Program-made: the position numbers and the translations under genes
Part shown: positions 49,237-59,790 of the stretch, one piece after another
Layout of the letters: each line of letters starts with the position of its first letter
Numbering within the stretch: position 1 is the stretch's first letter
Assembly (NCBI GenBank): GCA_051251855.1
Contig: JBPOGI010000001.1
Coordinates: forward strand, 704,001 to 768,000
DNA from: Roseibacillus sp.
Lineage (GTDB): Bacteria; Verrucomicrobiota; Verrucomicrobiia; Verrucomicrobiales; Akkermansiaceae
DNA length: 64,000 bases
Reading direction: 5' to 3'
The notes under the pieces: model-generated
The model's database searches: none
What the model saw: the letters and a program-made list of their open reading frames with translations, nothing else
Told to the model about the DNA's origin: nothing

Positions 49237-50823
49237 TCAATTCTCACTCAGGTAGGCAACGAGATCGCGGATTTCGCGGTGGGAGAGATAGCCGAGGGCG
49301 GAGGGCATGGGGGAGGTCAGAGTCATAGAGGAGATTTCCTTTTTGTCGACGGCCTTGGGTTTCAAGTCCACCATCAGGTAGAGGTGAGTGTCGACAGACG
49401 GGCGACTTATTTCGGGACCCGAGAGAGTGGTGCCATCCTTGAGTTCAAATTCAAGCCAGCCTTTGCCGAGAGCGATGTTGTGGTCGGGTGCGATGAGGGA
49501 GCGGAGGTTTGTGAACCTAAATACGCCTTGATCCACAGAGGAAAAACGAGGGCGCCAAATTTCATTGGTAATATGGCATTCGCTGCAGCGCCCTCTTTTG
49601 CTGGTGGCAATCTGGTAGCCCTTGATTCGATTTCCTCCTTCGAGAAGGGTTGGGTAGCGGTCCTCGGGGAGAGTGCTCCTTTTATTGGCATCGGCGACGA
49701 GCTTTTCGAAGAGCTGGTGAGCTTGAGGTTTGATGGCTTCACCCCGTGCGGCGAGAGCTTCTTCGACTTCGAGCCAGAGTGCGAGATCGAGGCGTTCCTT
49801 GAGGATGAGTCCGGTGATCGACTCTCCAAGGAGCGCGTCGGCGGCAGGAGTGGCAAGAGAGGTGAGGAATTGGAGGATTTCTTGATCGCGGGAGGTGAGC
49901 CGCTGGTTATAGAAGACGTCCAAGTCTAGATTGGCGCTTAAGGTTTCACGACAAAAAGCAAGGACTTCGGCTGGGGCCTTTTGATACCAGCGGGCGAAGA
50001 CGAGGAGGCGCAGACCGTTCGTGTCTGGTGCCATCAAAAGTTCGCGAGTCATGGAGCCGTTCTCAAGCATGGCATCGAGAGCTAACAGTCGCACTGATTG
50101 TGGTTGGGTTAAGTCATTGAGGACCTTGCTGAGGTTCTTTTTCGAGATGGGAACCTCGGCAATTTTGCAAAGGGCTAGGGTGGAAGAGAGCCAGGCTGCG
50201 GAGAGGGGCTGTTCGGCGGTGCCTCGGTCAAAAGCGGAGCGGAGGAGGAGGTGGATGAGTTTTTTGTTTGCAGCGGTGAGCTTTGGAAATTTGAGAAGCT
50301 CGGCGAGGGCTTTTTCCCGCATGGGGAGTTGAGCAAAAGTATGGGAGGCGTATCGGATCAGGCGGTTGGCACTATGGGAATCGCCAAGGAGAGAGTTGGC
50401 TGTGATGGCGCGACTGATCAGTTCTTCGTTCTTTGGAGAGTATTCGAGGGACTTGGCAAGGAGGGGGATACCTTCGGGCATGGTGGGTGGACCGAGGACA
50501 AATTTGGCGGCTTCGAGTCGGACTTCAGGGTTGCGAGCGCCGATGTAGAGAAGCAGAGCTTTATCCTTTTTGAGGCCTAGGGCTCGGACGGCACAGACTT
50601 GCAGGGCGATGGATTCTTCGCCAAGGCAGGAGGCGAGTTGCTGGACTGTAGCTATTTGTAAGAGCTTTAGGGCCGCAGCCTGGCGGTCGAAGGTTTCTTC
50701 GGTTCCTTCGGCGCGAATTTCGGTAGCGATGTTTTCGAAGGAGTCAGAGGGAGAGGGTTCGCCGTGTAAGAGATGAGCGAACAAGGGGAAGAAGATAAGA
50801 ACGGGGCGAAGGTTTTTTCTCAT
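49237..50823 (-). CDS. HEAT-repeat protein with C-terminal PVC-type CxxCH heme domain
   Basis: Signal peptide; PEVRLEAA repeats; GGNRIKG...CSECH, SLIAP..IALG, SPMP, EIRDLVAYL. Confidence 0.75.
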   Translation of the reverse strand: MRKNLRPVLIFFPLFAHLLHGEPSPSDSFENIATEIRAEGTEETFDRQAAALKLLQIATVQQLASCLGEESIALQVCAVRALGLKKDKALLLYIGARNPEVRLEAAKFVLGPPTMPEGIPLLAKSLEYSPKNEELISRAITANSLLGDSHSANRLIRYASHTFAQLPMREKALAELLKFPKLTAANKKLIHLLLRSAFDRGTAEQPLSAAWLSSTLALCKIAEVPISKKNLSKVLNDLTQPQSVRLLALDAMLENGSMTRELLMAPDTNGLRLLVFARWYQKAPAEVLAFCRETLSANLDLDVFYNQRLTSRDQEILQFLTSLATPAADALLGESITGLILKERLDLALWLEVEEALAARGEAIKPQAHQLFEKLVADANKRSTLPEDRYPTLLEGGNRIKGYQIATSKRGRCSECHITNEIWRPRFSSVDQGVFRFTNLRSLIAPDHNIALGKGWLEFELKDGTTLSGPEISRPSVDTHLYLMVDLKPKAVDKKEISSMTLTSPMPSALGYLSHREIRDLVAYLSEN

Positions 50824-50906
50824 GGAGTTAGGCGTTTTCTTTTCTTTTCTTATCTGTGAGCTCTCGACTTAAAGCGACGTCTCTCGCCCTATTCCCAAGA
50901 ACAGGC

Positions 50907-52013
50907 TTATTCTATGTCTTTGACGCAGCGGAAGCCACTGTGGTTGGTGGGTGAGAGGGATTCGGAGTAGTGACGGGCGGCGGGGCGGTAGCGGAGACAA
51001 TAGGTGTGGTGGCAGAGGAAAGAGCCGCCCTTGGTAACCCAGAGACGAGCAAGAGGGTGAAAGACGTCTACTTTTTCGGGGATTGGTTGGCCGCGGGCAA
51101 AGAGGTCGGTTTCGGGTTGGGTGATCGCTTGTTCGAGGGGTGGGCCAGTGGGGTCTTTAACGGGATTCTTGGCAAAGGTTTGGTAGTAGTCAGGGCGATA
51201 GACGTCGGAGCAAATTTCCCAGACGTTGCCGGCCATGTCGTAGAGTCCAAAGTCGTTGGGGGGATAACTTTTTACAGCGGCTGAGCCTTCGTGGCCGTCG
51301 AGGGCGCTATTATTGTGGGGAAAGTCTCCTTGGAAGGTGTTGGCGGGCCATTGTTCTTTGGAGGGTTTGGGCTTGTTGCCCCAGATGAAGAGGGTGTGGT
51401 CTTTATTGCCGCGAGCAGCGCGTTCCCATTCCGCTTCGGTGGGCAGGCGTTTGTCGGCCCATTTGCAGTAGGCTTCGGCGTCTTCTTTGGTGACGCAGAC
51501 GACGGGGTGGTCCATTTTGTCCTCGATAGAGCTATCGGGGCCGGTGGGATGTTGCCAGGTGGCGCCGGGGACAAATTGCCACCATTGCCATTCGGAGCCG
51601 GGTTGCCATTTTTCAACTTCGCCAGCAGGTGCTTTGAAGATGAGGGCTCCGGCTTTCAGTTGGTCCTCGGGAGCGTTGGGGAAATCCTCTTTGGTGAAGC
51701 CTCTTTCGGCTTGGGTTTGGTAGCCGGTGGCCTCGATGAATTCAGCGAACTGGGTATTGGTGACTTCGGTGGTGTCGATGAAGAAGGAGGAGACCGTGAC
51801 TTTGTGTACGGGCTGTTCCTCAGGGTATTGGGCGGTGCCGCCAAGGCTGCGGTCTTCGCCGCGGGTGTAGGTGCCACCAGAGATAAAGACCATGCCCGCA
51901 GGGGCTGGCGGGATGGCGGGGGATGCCTCTTTCTTAGGCTCCTCAGCTGAAAGAGGGGTGGCTAAGGAAGCAGTGAAAAGGAGGCTGGAGAGGAGTCGGG
52001 AGCGGGAAATCAT
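50907..52013 (-). CDS. Formylglycine-generating enzyme (SUMF1 family)
   Basis: EVTN.QFAEF, HPVVCV, RLPTEAEWE, NDFGLYDMAGNVWE, KGGSFLCHHTYCLRYRPAAR with both catalytic Cys, GFRC. Confidence 0.9.
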   Translation of the reverse strand: MISRSRLLSSLLFTASLATPLSAEEPKKEASPAIPPAPAGMVFISGGTYTRGEDRSLGGTAQYPEEQPVHKVTVSSFFIDTTEVTNTQFAEFIEATGYQTQAERGFTKEDFPNAPEDQLKAGALIFKAPAGEVEKWQPGSEWQWWQFVPGATWQHPTGPDSSIEDKMDHPVVCVTKEDAEAYCKWADKRLPTEAEWERAARGNKDHTLFIWGNKPKPSKEQWPANTFQGDFPHNNSALDGHEGSAAVKSYPPNDFGLYDMAGNVWEICSDVYRPDYYQTFAKNPVKDPTGPPLEQAITQPETDLFARGQPIPEKVDVFHPLARLWVTKGGSFLCHHTYCLRYRPAARHYSESLSPTNHSGFRCVKDIE

Positions 52014-52083
52014 GATTGTCATTAGAGAGAGCGACCTGAGACCAAGTCTTTTGTTTTTTTGAATCGTGCTTATTCTTACGGCG

Positions 52084-52863
52084 ATGGCGATAACGAAGTT
52101 TCGTCCCTGCATTGATTTGCATGAGGGCAAGGTGAAGCAAATTGTGGGGGGAACCCTGACGGATGAAGGGGCTACGGAGAATTTCGTCTCCCAAGAGGGG
52201 GCTGCGTACTTTGCCAAGATGTTTGGAGCTGACCAACTGGAGGGGGGGCATGTGATTCAGTTGGGCCCTGGGAACCAAGAGGCTGCGGAAGAAGCTTTGG
52301 CCGCTTGGCCGGGGGGATTGCAGCTGGGCGGAGGGGTGACGAGGGAGAATGCTGCGAACTGGTTGCAGGCGGGGGCGTGTTCGGTGATTGTGACGTCGTA
52401 TCTGTTTGATGGGGAGGGACGATTCTTGCGCGAGAGATTGAAGGGGCTTTCGAAAGAGATTGGGACGGAGAAATTGGTGGTGGATCTGAGCTGTCGGCGG
52501 ACTCAGGAGGGCTGGCAGGTGGCGATGAATCGCTGGCAGACTTTGACGGACATGTCGGTTACCCATGCGGTTTTGGATGAGCTGGCGGAGTATTGTGGTG
52601 AGTTTCTCATTCATGCCGCTGATGTGGAGGGAAAGTGTGGGGGCGTGGATACGGAGTTGGTTGAACTGCTAGGTGGGTGGTGCGGAAGGCCGATGACTTA
52701 TGCCGGTGGAGTGGGAGTCTTGGGCGATTTGGAGTTGGTGCAGGAGAGCAGTGGAGGGAATGTGGATGTAACGGTGGGGAGTGCGTTGGATATTTTTGGA
52801 GGAAAAGGGGTAAGCTACCGGGAGTTGGTGGCTTGGAATCAACGAGGGGAGAGAGGAGTATGA
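52084..52863 (+). CDS. hisA: Phosphoribosylformimino-AICAR isomerase, eukaryote (His6)-type
   Basis: FRPCIDLHEGKVKQIVGG, DLSCRR, HAADVEG, VTVGSALD. Confidence 0.92.
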   Translation: MAITKFRPCIDLHEGKVKQIVGGTLTDEGATENFVSQEGAAYFAKMFGADQLEGGHVIQLGPGNQEAAEEALAAWPGGLQLGGGVTRENAANWLQAGACSVIVTSYLFDGEGRFLRERLKGLSKEIGTEKLVVDLSCRRTQEGWQVAMNRWQTLTDMSVTHAVLDELAEYCGEFLIHAADVEGKCGGVDTELVELLGGWCGRPMTYAGGVGVLGDLELVQESSGGNVDVTVGSALDIFGGKGVSYRELVAWNQRGERGV

Positions 52864-53213
52864 AGACGCATCGGTTAGTTTTACCGGAGGATTTGAATCA
52901 GTATGGATTCTTGTTCGGAGGGCGCTTGTTAAGTTGGGTTGACGAGGCATCTTGGATTGCGGCGAGCATGGAGTATCCCGCGTGCCAGTTTGTGACGATT
53001 GGGATGGAGGCTGTGAGCTTTAAGCATTCGGTGAGGGAGGGAACGATCCTTTCGATTGAGTCTGAGCGGGTGAAGGAGGGGAGGACTTCGGTGAGTTATG
53101 AGGTGCGGGTGACGCAAGGGAGGGACCCTGAGGAGACAGTGATTTTTTCAACGAAGGTGACCTTCGTGAATGTGGATGAAGCGGGTGAGAAACAGCCTTT
53201 GAAACGATTATGA
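52860..53213 (+). CDS. Acyl-CoA thioesterase (hotdog fold)
   Basis: VLPEDLNQYGFLFGGRLLSWVDE, GRTS, TFVNVD; ATG 52860 overlaps hisA stop. Confidence 0.9.
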   Translation: MKTHRLVLPEDLNQYGFLFGGRLLSWVDEASWIAASMEYPACQFVTIGMEAVSFKHSVREGTILSIESERVKEGRTSVSYEVRVTQGRDPEETVIFSTKVTFVNVDEAGEKQPLKRL

Positions 53214-54802
53214 TTGAGACGGTTGATATTGTGGTGTCGGTGGAAAAACGAGCGAGCAAGGAGTCTTGGTTGCGGCCTGCGGCACGTAAGTTGCGTTGTC
53301 ATCCGAAGCAGATTCGCGAAATGCGGCTGCTGAAGGAGTCGATTGATGCGCGGAAGAATCCCGTGAGGTTTCAGCTGCGGCTGCAAGTGGGGGTGGATGA
53401 GGATTTACCGGTGGAAGAGGTTCCTGAGTATGAGGCCCCCAAGGTTTCGGCTGATGCGAAGACGGTGATCATTGTGGGGTGTGGGCCGGCCGGAATGTTC
53501 GCGGCGTTGCGGTGCTTGGAGTTGGGGCTGAAACCGATTGTGTTGGAACGGGGAAAGGATGCTTCGGCGCGAAGGTTTGATTTGGCACCGCTGTTGCGAA
53601 AAGGGACGGTGATCGAGGATTCGAATTACTGTTTCGGTGAGGGAGGGGCAGGAACCTATTCGGATGGTAAGCTTTATACGCGAGCAACGAAGCGGGGTCC
53701 TGTGAGGAAGGTGTATGAAATGCTGGTGGCACATGGGGCTCCGAGTGAGATTCTGGTGGATGCCCATCCGCACATTGGGTCGAACTTGTTGCCAAAGGTG
53801 GTCATGGCGATGAGGGAGAGTATTCGGGAGCGGGGCGGTGAGGTGAGGTTTGGCTGGAAGGTGACGGGCCTTTTGCGTGGTTCAGAGGGAGAACTGGAGG
53901 GAGTTGTGAACGCGGAAGGGGAAGAGTTACGCGGGGTGTCGGTGGTGATGGCGACGGGTCATTCTGCGCGGGATGTGCTGGCGATGTTGCAGCGTGAGAA
54001 CATTGCTTTGGAGGCAAAGGCGTTTGCGGTAGGAGTTCGTATTGAGCACCCGCAGCCCTTGATTGATAGTATTCAGTATCATTATCCGCGGGGGCAGGAG
54101 CGTCCACGCGAGTTGCCAGCGGCACGCTACGCGCTGGCCTGTGAGATTGATGGGCGGGGGGTGCATTCTTTCTGTATGTGTCCCGGTGGCTTTATTGTCC
54201 CGGCGGCAACGGAGAATGATGAGGTGGTGGTGAATGGGATGAGCTTGGCTCGTCGAGATTCTCCTTTTGCCAATACAGGGATGGTAGTGGGCGTGGAGCC
54301 GTCTGATATTCCAGGGGAAAATGTTTTGCGAGGGCTTCAGTTTCAAAAGGAATTAGAGCGGGCGGCAAAGAAGGCGGGGAATGGGGATGACGAATTGGGG
54401 CAGGTGGCTCCGGCCCAGCGGGTGGTGGACTTTTTGGCTGGAAGGCTTTCGAAGGACTTGCCCGAGACGAGCTACTTTCCTGGGTTGAAAAGTGCACGGT
54501 TAGACGAGCTGATGCCGGACTTCATCGTGCGAAGGATGAAGATTGGATTGAAGAAGTTTGGGCACCGGATGAGTGGCTATTTGACTGATGAAGCTTTGAT
54601 GATTGGCTTCGAGACGAGGACCAGCTGTCCGGTCAGGGTGCCGCGTGAGGATGAGTCTTTGCAGCATCCTGAGGTTGAAAATCTTTACCCTTGTGGAGAG
54701 GGCGCGGGCTATGCGGGAGGAATTGTTTCAGCTGCGCTTGATGGCATGCGGGTCGCCGAGGCGATTGCAAAGCACGCGTCCGCGAACAAGGTGGACTCTT
54801 GA
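53210..54802 (+). CDS. Uncharacterised FAD-dependent oxidoreductase
   Basis: IVGCGPAG, FGEGGAGTYSDGKL, HIGS, ATGHSARD, FCMCPGG, GEGAGYAGGIVSAA. Confidence 0.88.
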   Translation: MIETVDIVVSVEKRASKESWLRPAARKLRCHPKQIREMRLLKESIDARKNPVRFQLRLQVGVDEDLPVEEVPEYEAPKVSADAKTVIIVGCGPAGMFAALRCLELGLKPIVLERGKDASARRFDLAPLLRKGTVIEDSNYCFGEGGAGTYSDGKLYTRATKRGPVRKVYEMLVAHGAPSEILVDAHPHIGSNLLPKVVMAMRESIRERGGEVRFGWKVTGLLRGSEGELEGVVNAEGEELRGVSVVMATGHSARDVLAMLQRENIALEAKAFAVGVRIEHPQPLIDSIQYHYPRGQERPRELPAARYALACEIDGRGVHSFCMCPGGFIVPAATENDEVVVNGMSLARRDSPFANTGMVVGVEPSDIPGENVLRGLQFQKELERAAKKAGNGDDELGQVAPAQRVVDFLAGRLSKDLPETSYFPGLKSARLDELMPDFIVRRMKIGLKKFGHRMSGYLTDEALMIGFETRTSCPVRVPREDESLQHPEVENLYPCGEGAGYAGGIVSAALDGMRVAEAIAKHASANKVDS

Positions 54803-57800
54803 TTAAGGAGTGATGAGCGTAACCTTGAGCCTGAAAAAGTCGTTGGCGAGTAGCTGTGGGTCAGAATTGACGAGATAAGTCTCTTTGAGAATACCATTGG
54901 GGAGTGCCTTTCGGGAGAAGGGCTGACTTTCTGCTGAAAGAGTTTCCCAAGAAGTGAGTTCGAGTGAGTGTTCCAGTATGGCATTAAAACCGTATGCCTC
55001 GGGGTCGCGGATGAAGGAATAGAAGACATCGGTATCAGTTCCGGAGTTGGTGACCTCAAGCTGGGTATCGGGCATATTGGATGGGTCGAGGTCACTGGTT
55101 CCCGAGAAGTATTCGAAAAGGGCAGAGGCACCATCGCTATCGAAGTCTCCATTGGCAGCACCGATGAAAGGGCCTGGCCCCAGTGCACCCGGTGAACCAT
55201 TGTCGGTGATGGACATCCATGAGAGTGGATCGGCGTAATCGACGTCGCCGCGGAGTTGGGTGAGTTGCAGGCTCAGGCCGTCACCGTCGGCCTCGAGAGG
55301 CCAAGGCTCGGTATCGTTGTAACGGAAGGAGGAGAGAATGTCGCCATCCGCATTGATGAGGCGAAGCCACTCCCCGGAGTTGCCCAGTCCGCCTGAGAAT
55401 TGGCCTGCGATGGATTGAGTTGTATTGGGATAGCGAGCGAGGAAAGCTTCTTGGTTTGAGACGATGACGAGTCGCTCGCCGGGGGCCATGACTTGGCCTT
55501 CGGTAAAGAGGAATCGAACTCCTTCGAGGTGGTCGTTGACCACTTGTTCGGCGAGGGCGCAGTCTTGGAGTTCGAGAAGGTCCGAGGAGATGTTGACGAG
55601 CTCAATGAATTCGAAGTCGCCATCATCGTTAGAAACGGCGAGTTCACCTGGGAGAGCGGGGTTGGCGGGATGATAGTGGACCTCTGAAATCAGTAATTCT
55701 CCGATTTCGGGAGAACGGCCGGGGGAATAGTAGTTGGAGGCAAGGGCTGACCACTCACCGTCCGAGAGAACGCGGGCGTTAATGGTTTGAGGACTGTTGA
55801 TGTCGATTCCGATAGACCTCTGGGAGGCCCAAGAGAGTTCCATGTCGAAGCCGAGATCACTTGAGCCGGCGTTGACTTGATGGAGTTCGATCGCAATGAG
55901 ATTGCTGCCGGTAATCAGCAAGCTGGGGTCGAGAGGGATGACGTTGTAGGTCGATTCTGCCTCGTTGTTTACGGAGGTGATGGAATAGGTGTCGAACTGG
56001 GTGTCACCTGCGAGCATGTTCCGGCGATAGGCTTCGGCTCCATTGAGGTAAACGATGTAGCCGTCGTCACCAAGAATCTTGGCGGTGAGGCTGGTGATGT
56101 CGGTGGTGTCACTGACGGTGAAGGAACGGCGAAGGTAGGAGGTGGGAGGATTAGAGTTCCCAGGGCCACTGTTTTCTCCCATGGGAGTGGCAATGGGCAC
56201 TTGGCTACCGTTGCGGCCAAGCCCGCCAAAACCTAGGATTCCAGCTCCAAAAGACCAGCTGGAGTCGTTGAAGGAGGGATGTTTCCAGTTGGAGGAATCG
56301 TAGTTGCTATCGCCTACGACGATGGAGCTGCTTCCGCGATCAGTGCCGCTGTCGTCGAATTGCCAGGTGGAGTTTGGGCCGAATCCGTTGGTGCTGGTTC
56401 CTCCGGTATCGAAAGCGGTCGCGCTTGGGTTTACGTTATTGTCAGATTCCCGAGGGTCGCTGCCGTCTGTAGTGAAGTAGATGATTCCTTCGTTGGCGCC
56501 CACTTGGATGGTGGTCCCGAGGGGGACTTGGCTGGTGATTGGGTTAAAGGTGGGGGCATCGATGAGGGGGTAGAGAGGAGGGTGGTTCGTACCTAGGCGA
56601 AGGTGGCCTACAAGGTCTGCACTCCGAGTGTCGAAAACGTTAATGAGAGACTGGACGGCGTTCTCCCAATTTTCTCTATCGGCGGGTTCGGTGCGCTTGG
56701 CGTCTCCCCAGCGTGCTGACTCGGCGATGATAACGGAATCAACGATAGCGCGTCTCGCTTCTAGCTTTTCCAGAACACGGTCTTTGGTGAGGTATCCGTC
56801 ATTGAAGAGTGCGGCGTGGGCGCGGTCTGCAAAGCGTTCGCGATATTCGGGAGTCGTTTGAGCAAGTCGAATATGGATGACTTGGGGGTTACTCTTTTCA
56901 AAATCGTCCCATTCATTGAGCCCGTTGGTGGTGTTGATTCGGTCGTTGTTTCCGTTCCACCGGCCACCAGCGCCCATGGAATGCTCGGCATCATGGATGA
57001 GGCTGGAAAATCCCCGGTCATCGCGCACAAAATTACGCACCGAATACCAGTTGTTCGCGGCGCCGACGAAATCAGAAAGAGCGCTGTCATACGAGCCGCT
57101 GTAGGCAAGGACGAGCATGTAGTCGATGAGGTTGTCGACATCGAGGAGGACGGGGAGAGTTGGATCTCTTTGGCCGCTGGGATCGAGACCTTGCATCTCG
57201 TTGTAACGGGCGGTGGTGGGAGATGTCCTTTGAGCCTGCACCATATCCCAGAGGGTTTTCCAGTCACCATTGAGGTCGCCATCAGTAGCTTCGCTTCGAT
57301 AGCTGTTCGTGCTTCCTGCCGATTTAAGAGTGTCGAATTCGCTGTCGTCTCCGCCCAAGTAGCTGCTACCCCAGTTCGCTTCAGCGCGTTCTTGGCTCAT
57401 GAAGAGTCCCCAGTAAACCTCGTTGAGGTAGAGATGGTAGTAGCGACTGCGGGTGTAGGGCTGGCCGCTTGCAGCTTGGAGGTCGCGGGCAAGCACTTCG
57501 CGAAGAAAGGTGTTCTCGTTGATGTTGCCGTCTTTCGACCAAGAGTAGTTTTGGGCAGTGCGAAAGTCGATTTTGTCGAACTCATCGACGCCCTCGACTC
57601 CAAAGAGAGGAAAGTTGAGTTTCGAATCACCATACTCCTCGCGGAAGAAGGCTCGAAAGGCATGTTTCGGGTTGCTTGTGTTTCGGCTGGCCCCTCCACG
57701 AATTCTAAGTCCGCAGCGTGCAGAGATGTCGAGGTCTTCAGGGCCTCCGATGATTTCGAGGTGACCGGGAGTTTCTAGGCCACGTGTTTGTGGGTTGGAA

Positions 57801-58774
57801 TAGATGCCATCGGAGGCATTGGTGAGATTACTGACGTCGGTGGAAAGGACGACCGATGGGATAGCGGTGAGAGCGTCTTCCATCTCTTGGGCGGTGTAGC
57901 GACTGGTGATGTCTGGATCCATTCCGTAGTCGTAGACTTGGCCGTTAATGTTGCTCGATGGCCAACCTGAAGGAGCGTTGCCATTAGCGTACTGGGTGCG
58001 AATATCAGAAGGAAAGAGGTAGCTCTGGGTATCGACGTTGGTAGGGAAGAAACCCGTTTTGAAGGCTGCGGCTTTTACAGTGGTAGTGCTAGTGATGTTG
58101 ATGGGTGACGAGTAGACTAAGCCTTGGGTAGCAGTGGGGGTGGACCCGTCGAGGGTGTATCTGACAAGGCTCCCTGGTGTGGCGGTTGTGATGGCGAGTT
58201 GAATGGGCGCGTCGAAGATGCCGCGTTTGACTGAGAACTGGGTGTCTGCGACTTGGCCGCTGGGAGAAACGGTGTTGGCGCTGCCAGGCGAGGGATTGGT
58301 GAAGTAGCCGAAGGTGACTCCATCAGGTCCAATCCCATAAGAGATGTCTTCCGTCTGAGTAGGATAGGAGGGATCGAATGTGGTGAGGGCGGCACCGGTG
58401 GGAGGAAGTAGCGAGAGATACTCCCCACCTGCGGAAAGTCTGAAATTGGTGTGAAGTTCGTTCCCGGCGACCTGTCTATTTTTGCTGGATGCAAAGACGA
58501 CAAGGTAGCCATCTGCGGCAAGGGGCTCGTCGGGGAAGGTCCACTTAGCGAGGTCGGTGGAATGATCAGTGAGGCGGTATCCTAGCAGAGAAACGCTGGT
58601 GCTTCCGGTATTGTGAATCTCAATCCAATCGGAACCTTCGAGGTCCTCGTCGACGATGCTGGCACCCGAATTGGACGTGAGAAATTCGGAAATGACGACT
58701 TCGGCATAAGATGCTTTGAGAAGAAGGAGGCTCAGAGTGAGGGATAGGATGCTGGAGTGGGGAGGAAATTCCAT
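54803..58774 (-). CDS. Secreted CotH kinase family protein with lamin-tail and Fn3-associated domains
   Basis: VVISEF..SN...DWIEIHN; RYTLDGSTP; IRGGASR, LYLNEVYWGLF..ER, NNWY, HDAEH; second LTD LISEVHYHP..EFIEL; start ATG 58774. Confidence 0.88.
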   Translation of the reverse strand: MEFPPHSSILSLTLSLLLLKASYAEVVISEFLTSNSGASIVDEDLEGSDWIEIHNTGSTSVSLLGYRLTDHSTDLAKWTFPDEPLAADGYLVVFASSKNRQVAGNELHTNFRLSAGGEYLSLLPPTGAALTTFDPSYPTQTEDISYGIGPDGVTFGYFTNPSPGSANTVSPSGQVADTQFSVKRGIFDAPIQLAITTATPGSLVRYTLDGSTPTATQGLVYSSPINITSTTTVKAAAFKTGFFPTNVDTQSYLFPSDIRTQYANGNAPSGWPSSNINGQVYDYGMDPDITSRYTAQEMEDALTAIPSVVLSTDVSNLTNASDGIYSNPQTRGLETPGHLEIIGGPEDLDISARCGLRIRGGASRNTSNPKHAFRAFFREEYGDSKLNFPLFGVEGVDEFDKIDFRTAQNYSWSKDGNINENTFLREVLARDLQAASGQPYTRSRYYHLYLNEVYWGLFMSQERAEANWGSSYLGGDDSEFDTLKSAGSTNSYRSEATDGDLNGDWKTLWDMVQAQRTSPTTARYNEMQGLDPSGQRDPTLPVLLDVDNLIDYMLVLAYSGSYDSALSDFVGAANNWYSVRNFVRDDRGFSSLIHDAEHSMGAGGRWNGNNDRINTTNGLNEWDDFEKSNPQVIHIRLAQTTPEYRERFADRAHAALFNDGYLTKDRVLEKLEARRAIVDSVIIAESARWGDAKRTEPADRENWENAVQSLINVFDTRSADLVGHLRLGTNHPPLYPLIDAPTFNPITSQVPLGTTIQVGANEGIIYFTTDGSDPRESDNNVNPSATAFDTGGTSTNGFGPNSTWQFDDSGTDRGSSSIVVGDSNYDSSNWKHPSFNDSSWSFGAGILGFGGLGRNGSQVPIATPMGENSGPGNSNPPTSYLRRSFTVSDTTDITSLTAKILGDDGYIVYLNGAEAYRRNMLAGDTQFDTYSITSVNNEAESTYNVIPLDPSLLITGSNLIAIELHQVNAGSSDLGFDMELSWASQRSIGIDINSPQTINARVLSDGEWSALASNYYSPGRSPEIGELLISEVHYHPANPALPGELAVSNDDGDFEFIELVNISSDLLELQDCALAEQVVNDHLEGVRFLFTEGQVMAPGERLVIVSNQEAFLARYPNTTQSIAGQFSGGLGNSGEWLRLINADGDILSSFRYNDTEPWPLEADGDGLSLQLTQLRGDVDYADPLSWMSITDNGSPGALGPGPFIGAANGDFDSDGASALFEYFSGTSDLDPSNMPDTQLEVTNSGTDTDVFYSFIRDPEAYGFNAILEHSLELTSWETLSAESQPFSRKALPNGILKETYLVNSDPQLLANDFFRLKVTLITP

Positions 58775-58851
58775 CACCCTAGATCTTAAAAGGTTTTTCG
58801 CTAGGTGCAACGGCAGAAGTTTGGCAAAACGGACCTCGGGGTGTTTCCAAG

Positions 58852-59781
58852 CTATTCGTGGAGAAGCTCTTCGAGCATCCTTTCGACGACCTCTTTGGTG
58901 ATGGCGAGGGACTCTGCAGAGATGAGGTCGAGATTGTCCTTTGGGGTATGCCACCAGCCGTGGCGTTGAAAGTCTCCGATAATATCGATGGTAGGAATAC
59001 CGACATTGTTCAGGGGGACGTGGTCATCGAGGATAGAGCCTTGGGCCATTCCGAAGCGTCCTTCATGGCCTGCTGCTTGAGCGGCCCGATTCAATACTGC
59101 GACGAGTTGGGGAGGAGAGTCGGAAGGAACCTTGATAGAGAGATCGTGGTGACCAACCATATCCAGAAGAATGCCGAAAGTGGGTTTGGAAGAGCTGCTT
59201 TGCCAGCGAGCGGCATAGGAACGGGAACCGTAGATTCCGTCGAAGATGCCGCCAGGCTTCGGGCCCATGTCCTCGGTGAAGGCTTCTTCGCCATCGAAAA
59301 AGACAAGTTCTAGGCGAGAGGCTTCGGAAGGTTTTTTTGCCATTTCTTGAGCCATGGTGAGGATAAGGCCGCAGGCCGAGGCGGCATCGTCAGCTCCCAA
59401 GAAGCGTTTGTTAGGATAATATTTGGAATCGAGATGGGCGCACAAGAGGCCGTCGACAGATGCCTTCCAAGGGTCATCATTTGGCTGAGCCGGAAAGCGA
59501 GCGATGAGGTTTGTAAAGGTTTTGGTGCCGAGTGGGGTCTGCGCCTGCGAGGAGTGGGCTCCGACTTGCCACCCCGCCTTGGTCAGAACTGAGGAGACAT
59601 AGCTGCGGACTTCAGCGGCAGCAGCGGAGCCTGTGGGTCGAGGTCCGAAGGAGAGAATGTTGGCGGTGTGTGCCAAGGGAGTGCCTGAGCGGTCGAGGGA
59701 GTCTTCAGGCTCGGGAGCTGGCTTTTCTTTACAGCTCAACAAGGATAAAGCCAAAAGGAGGGTGGCTGAGAGAGCGCGCAT
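58852..59781 (-). CDS. M28 family peptidase lipoprotein (glutaminyl cyclase-like)
   Basis: Lipobox LLSC; AHLDSK, GADDAAS, FDGEEA, LDMVG, DDHVP, WHT. Confidence 0.85.
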   Translation of the reverse strand: MRALSATLLLALSLLSCKEKPAPEPEDSLDRSGTPLAHTANILSFGPRPTGSAAAAEVRSYVSSVLTKAGWQVGAHSSQAQTPLGTKTFTNLIARFPAQPNDDPWKASVDGLLCAHLDSKYYPNKRFLGADDAASACGLILTMAQEMAKKPSEASRLELVFFDGEEAFTEDMGPKPGGIFDGIYGSRSYAARWQSSSSKPTFGILLDMVGHHDLSIKVPSDSPPQLVAVLNRAAQAAGHEGRFGMAQGSILDDHVPLNNVGIPTIDIIGDFQRHGWWHTPKDNLDLISAESLAITKEVVERMLEELLHE

Positions 59782-59790
59782 GATAGGGAC

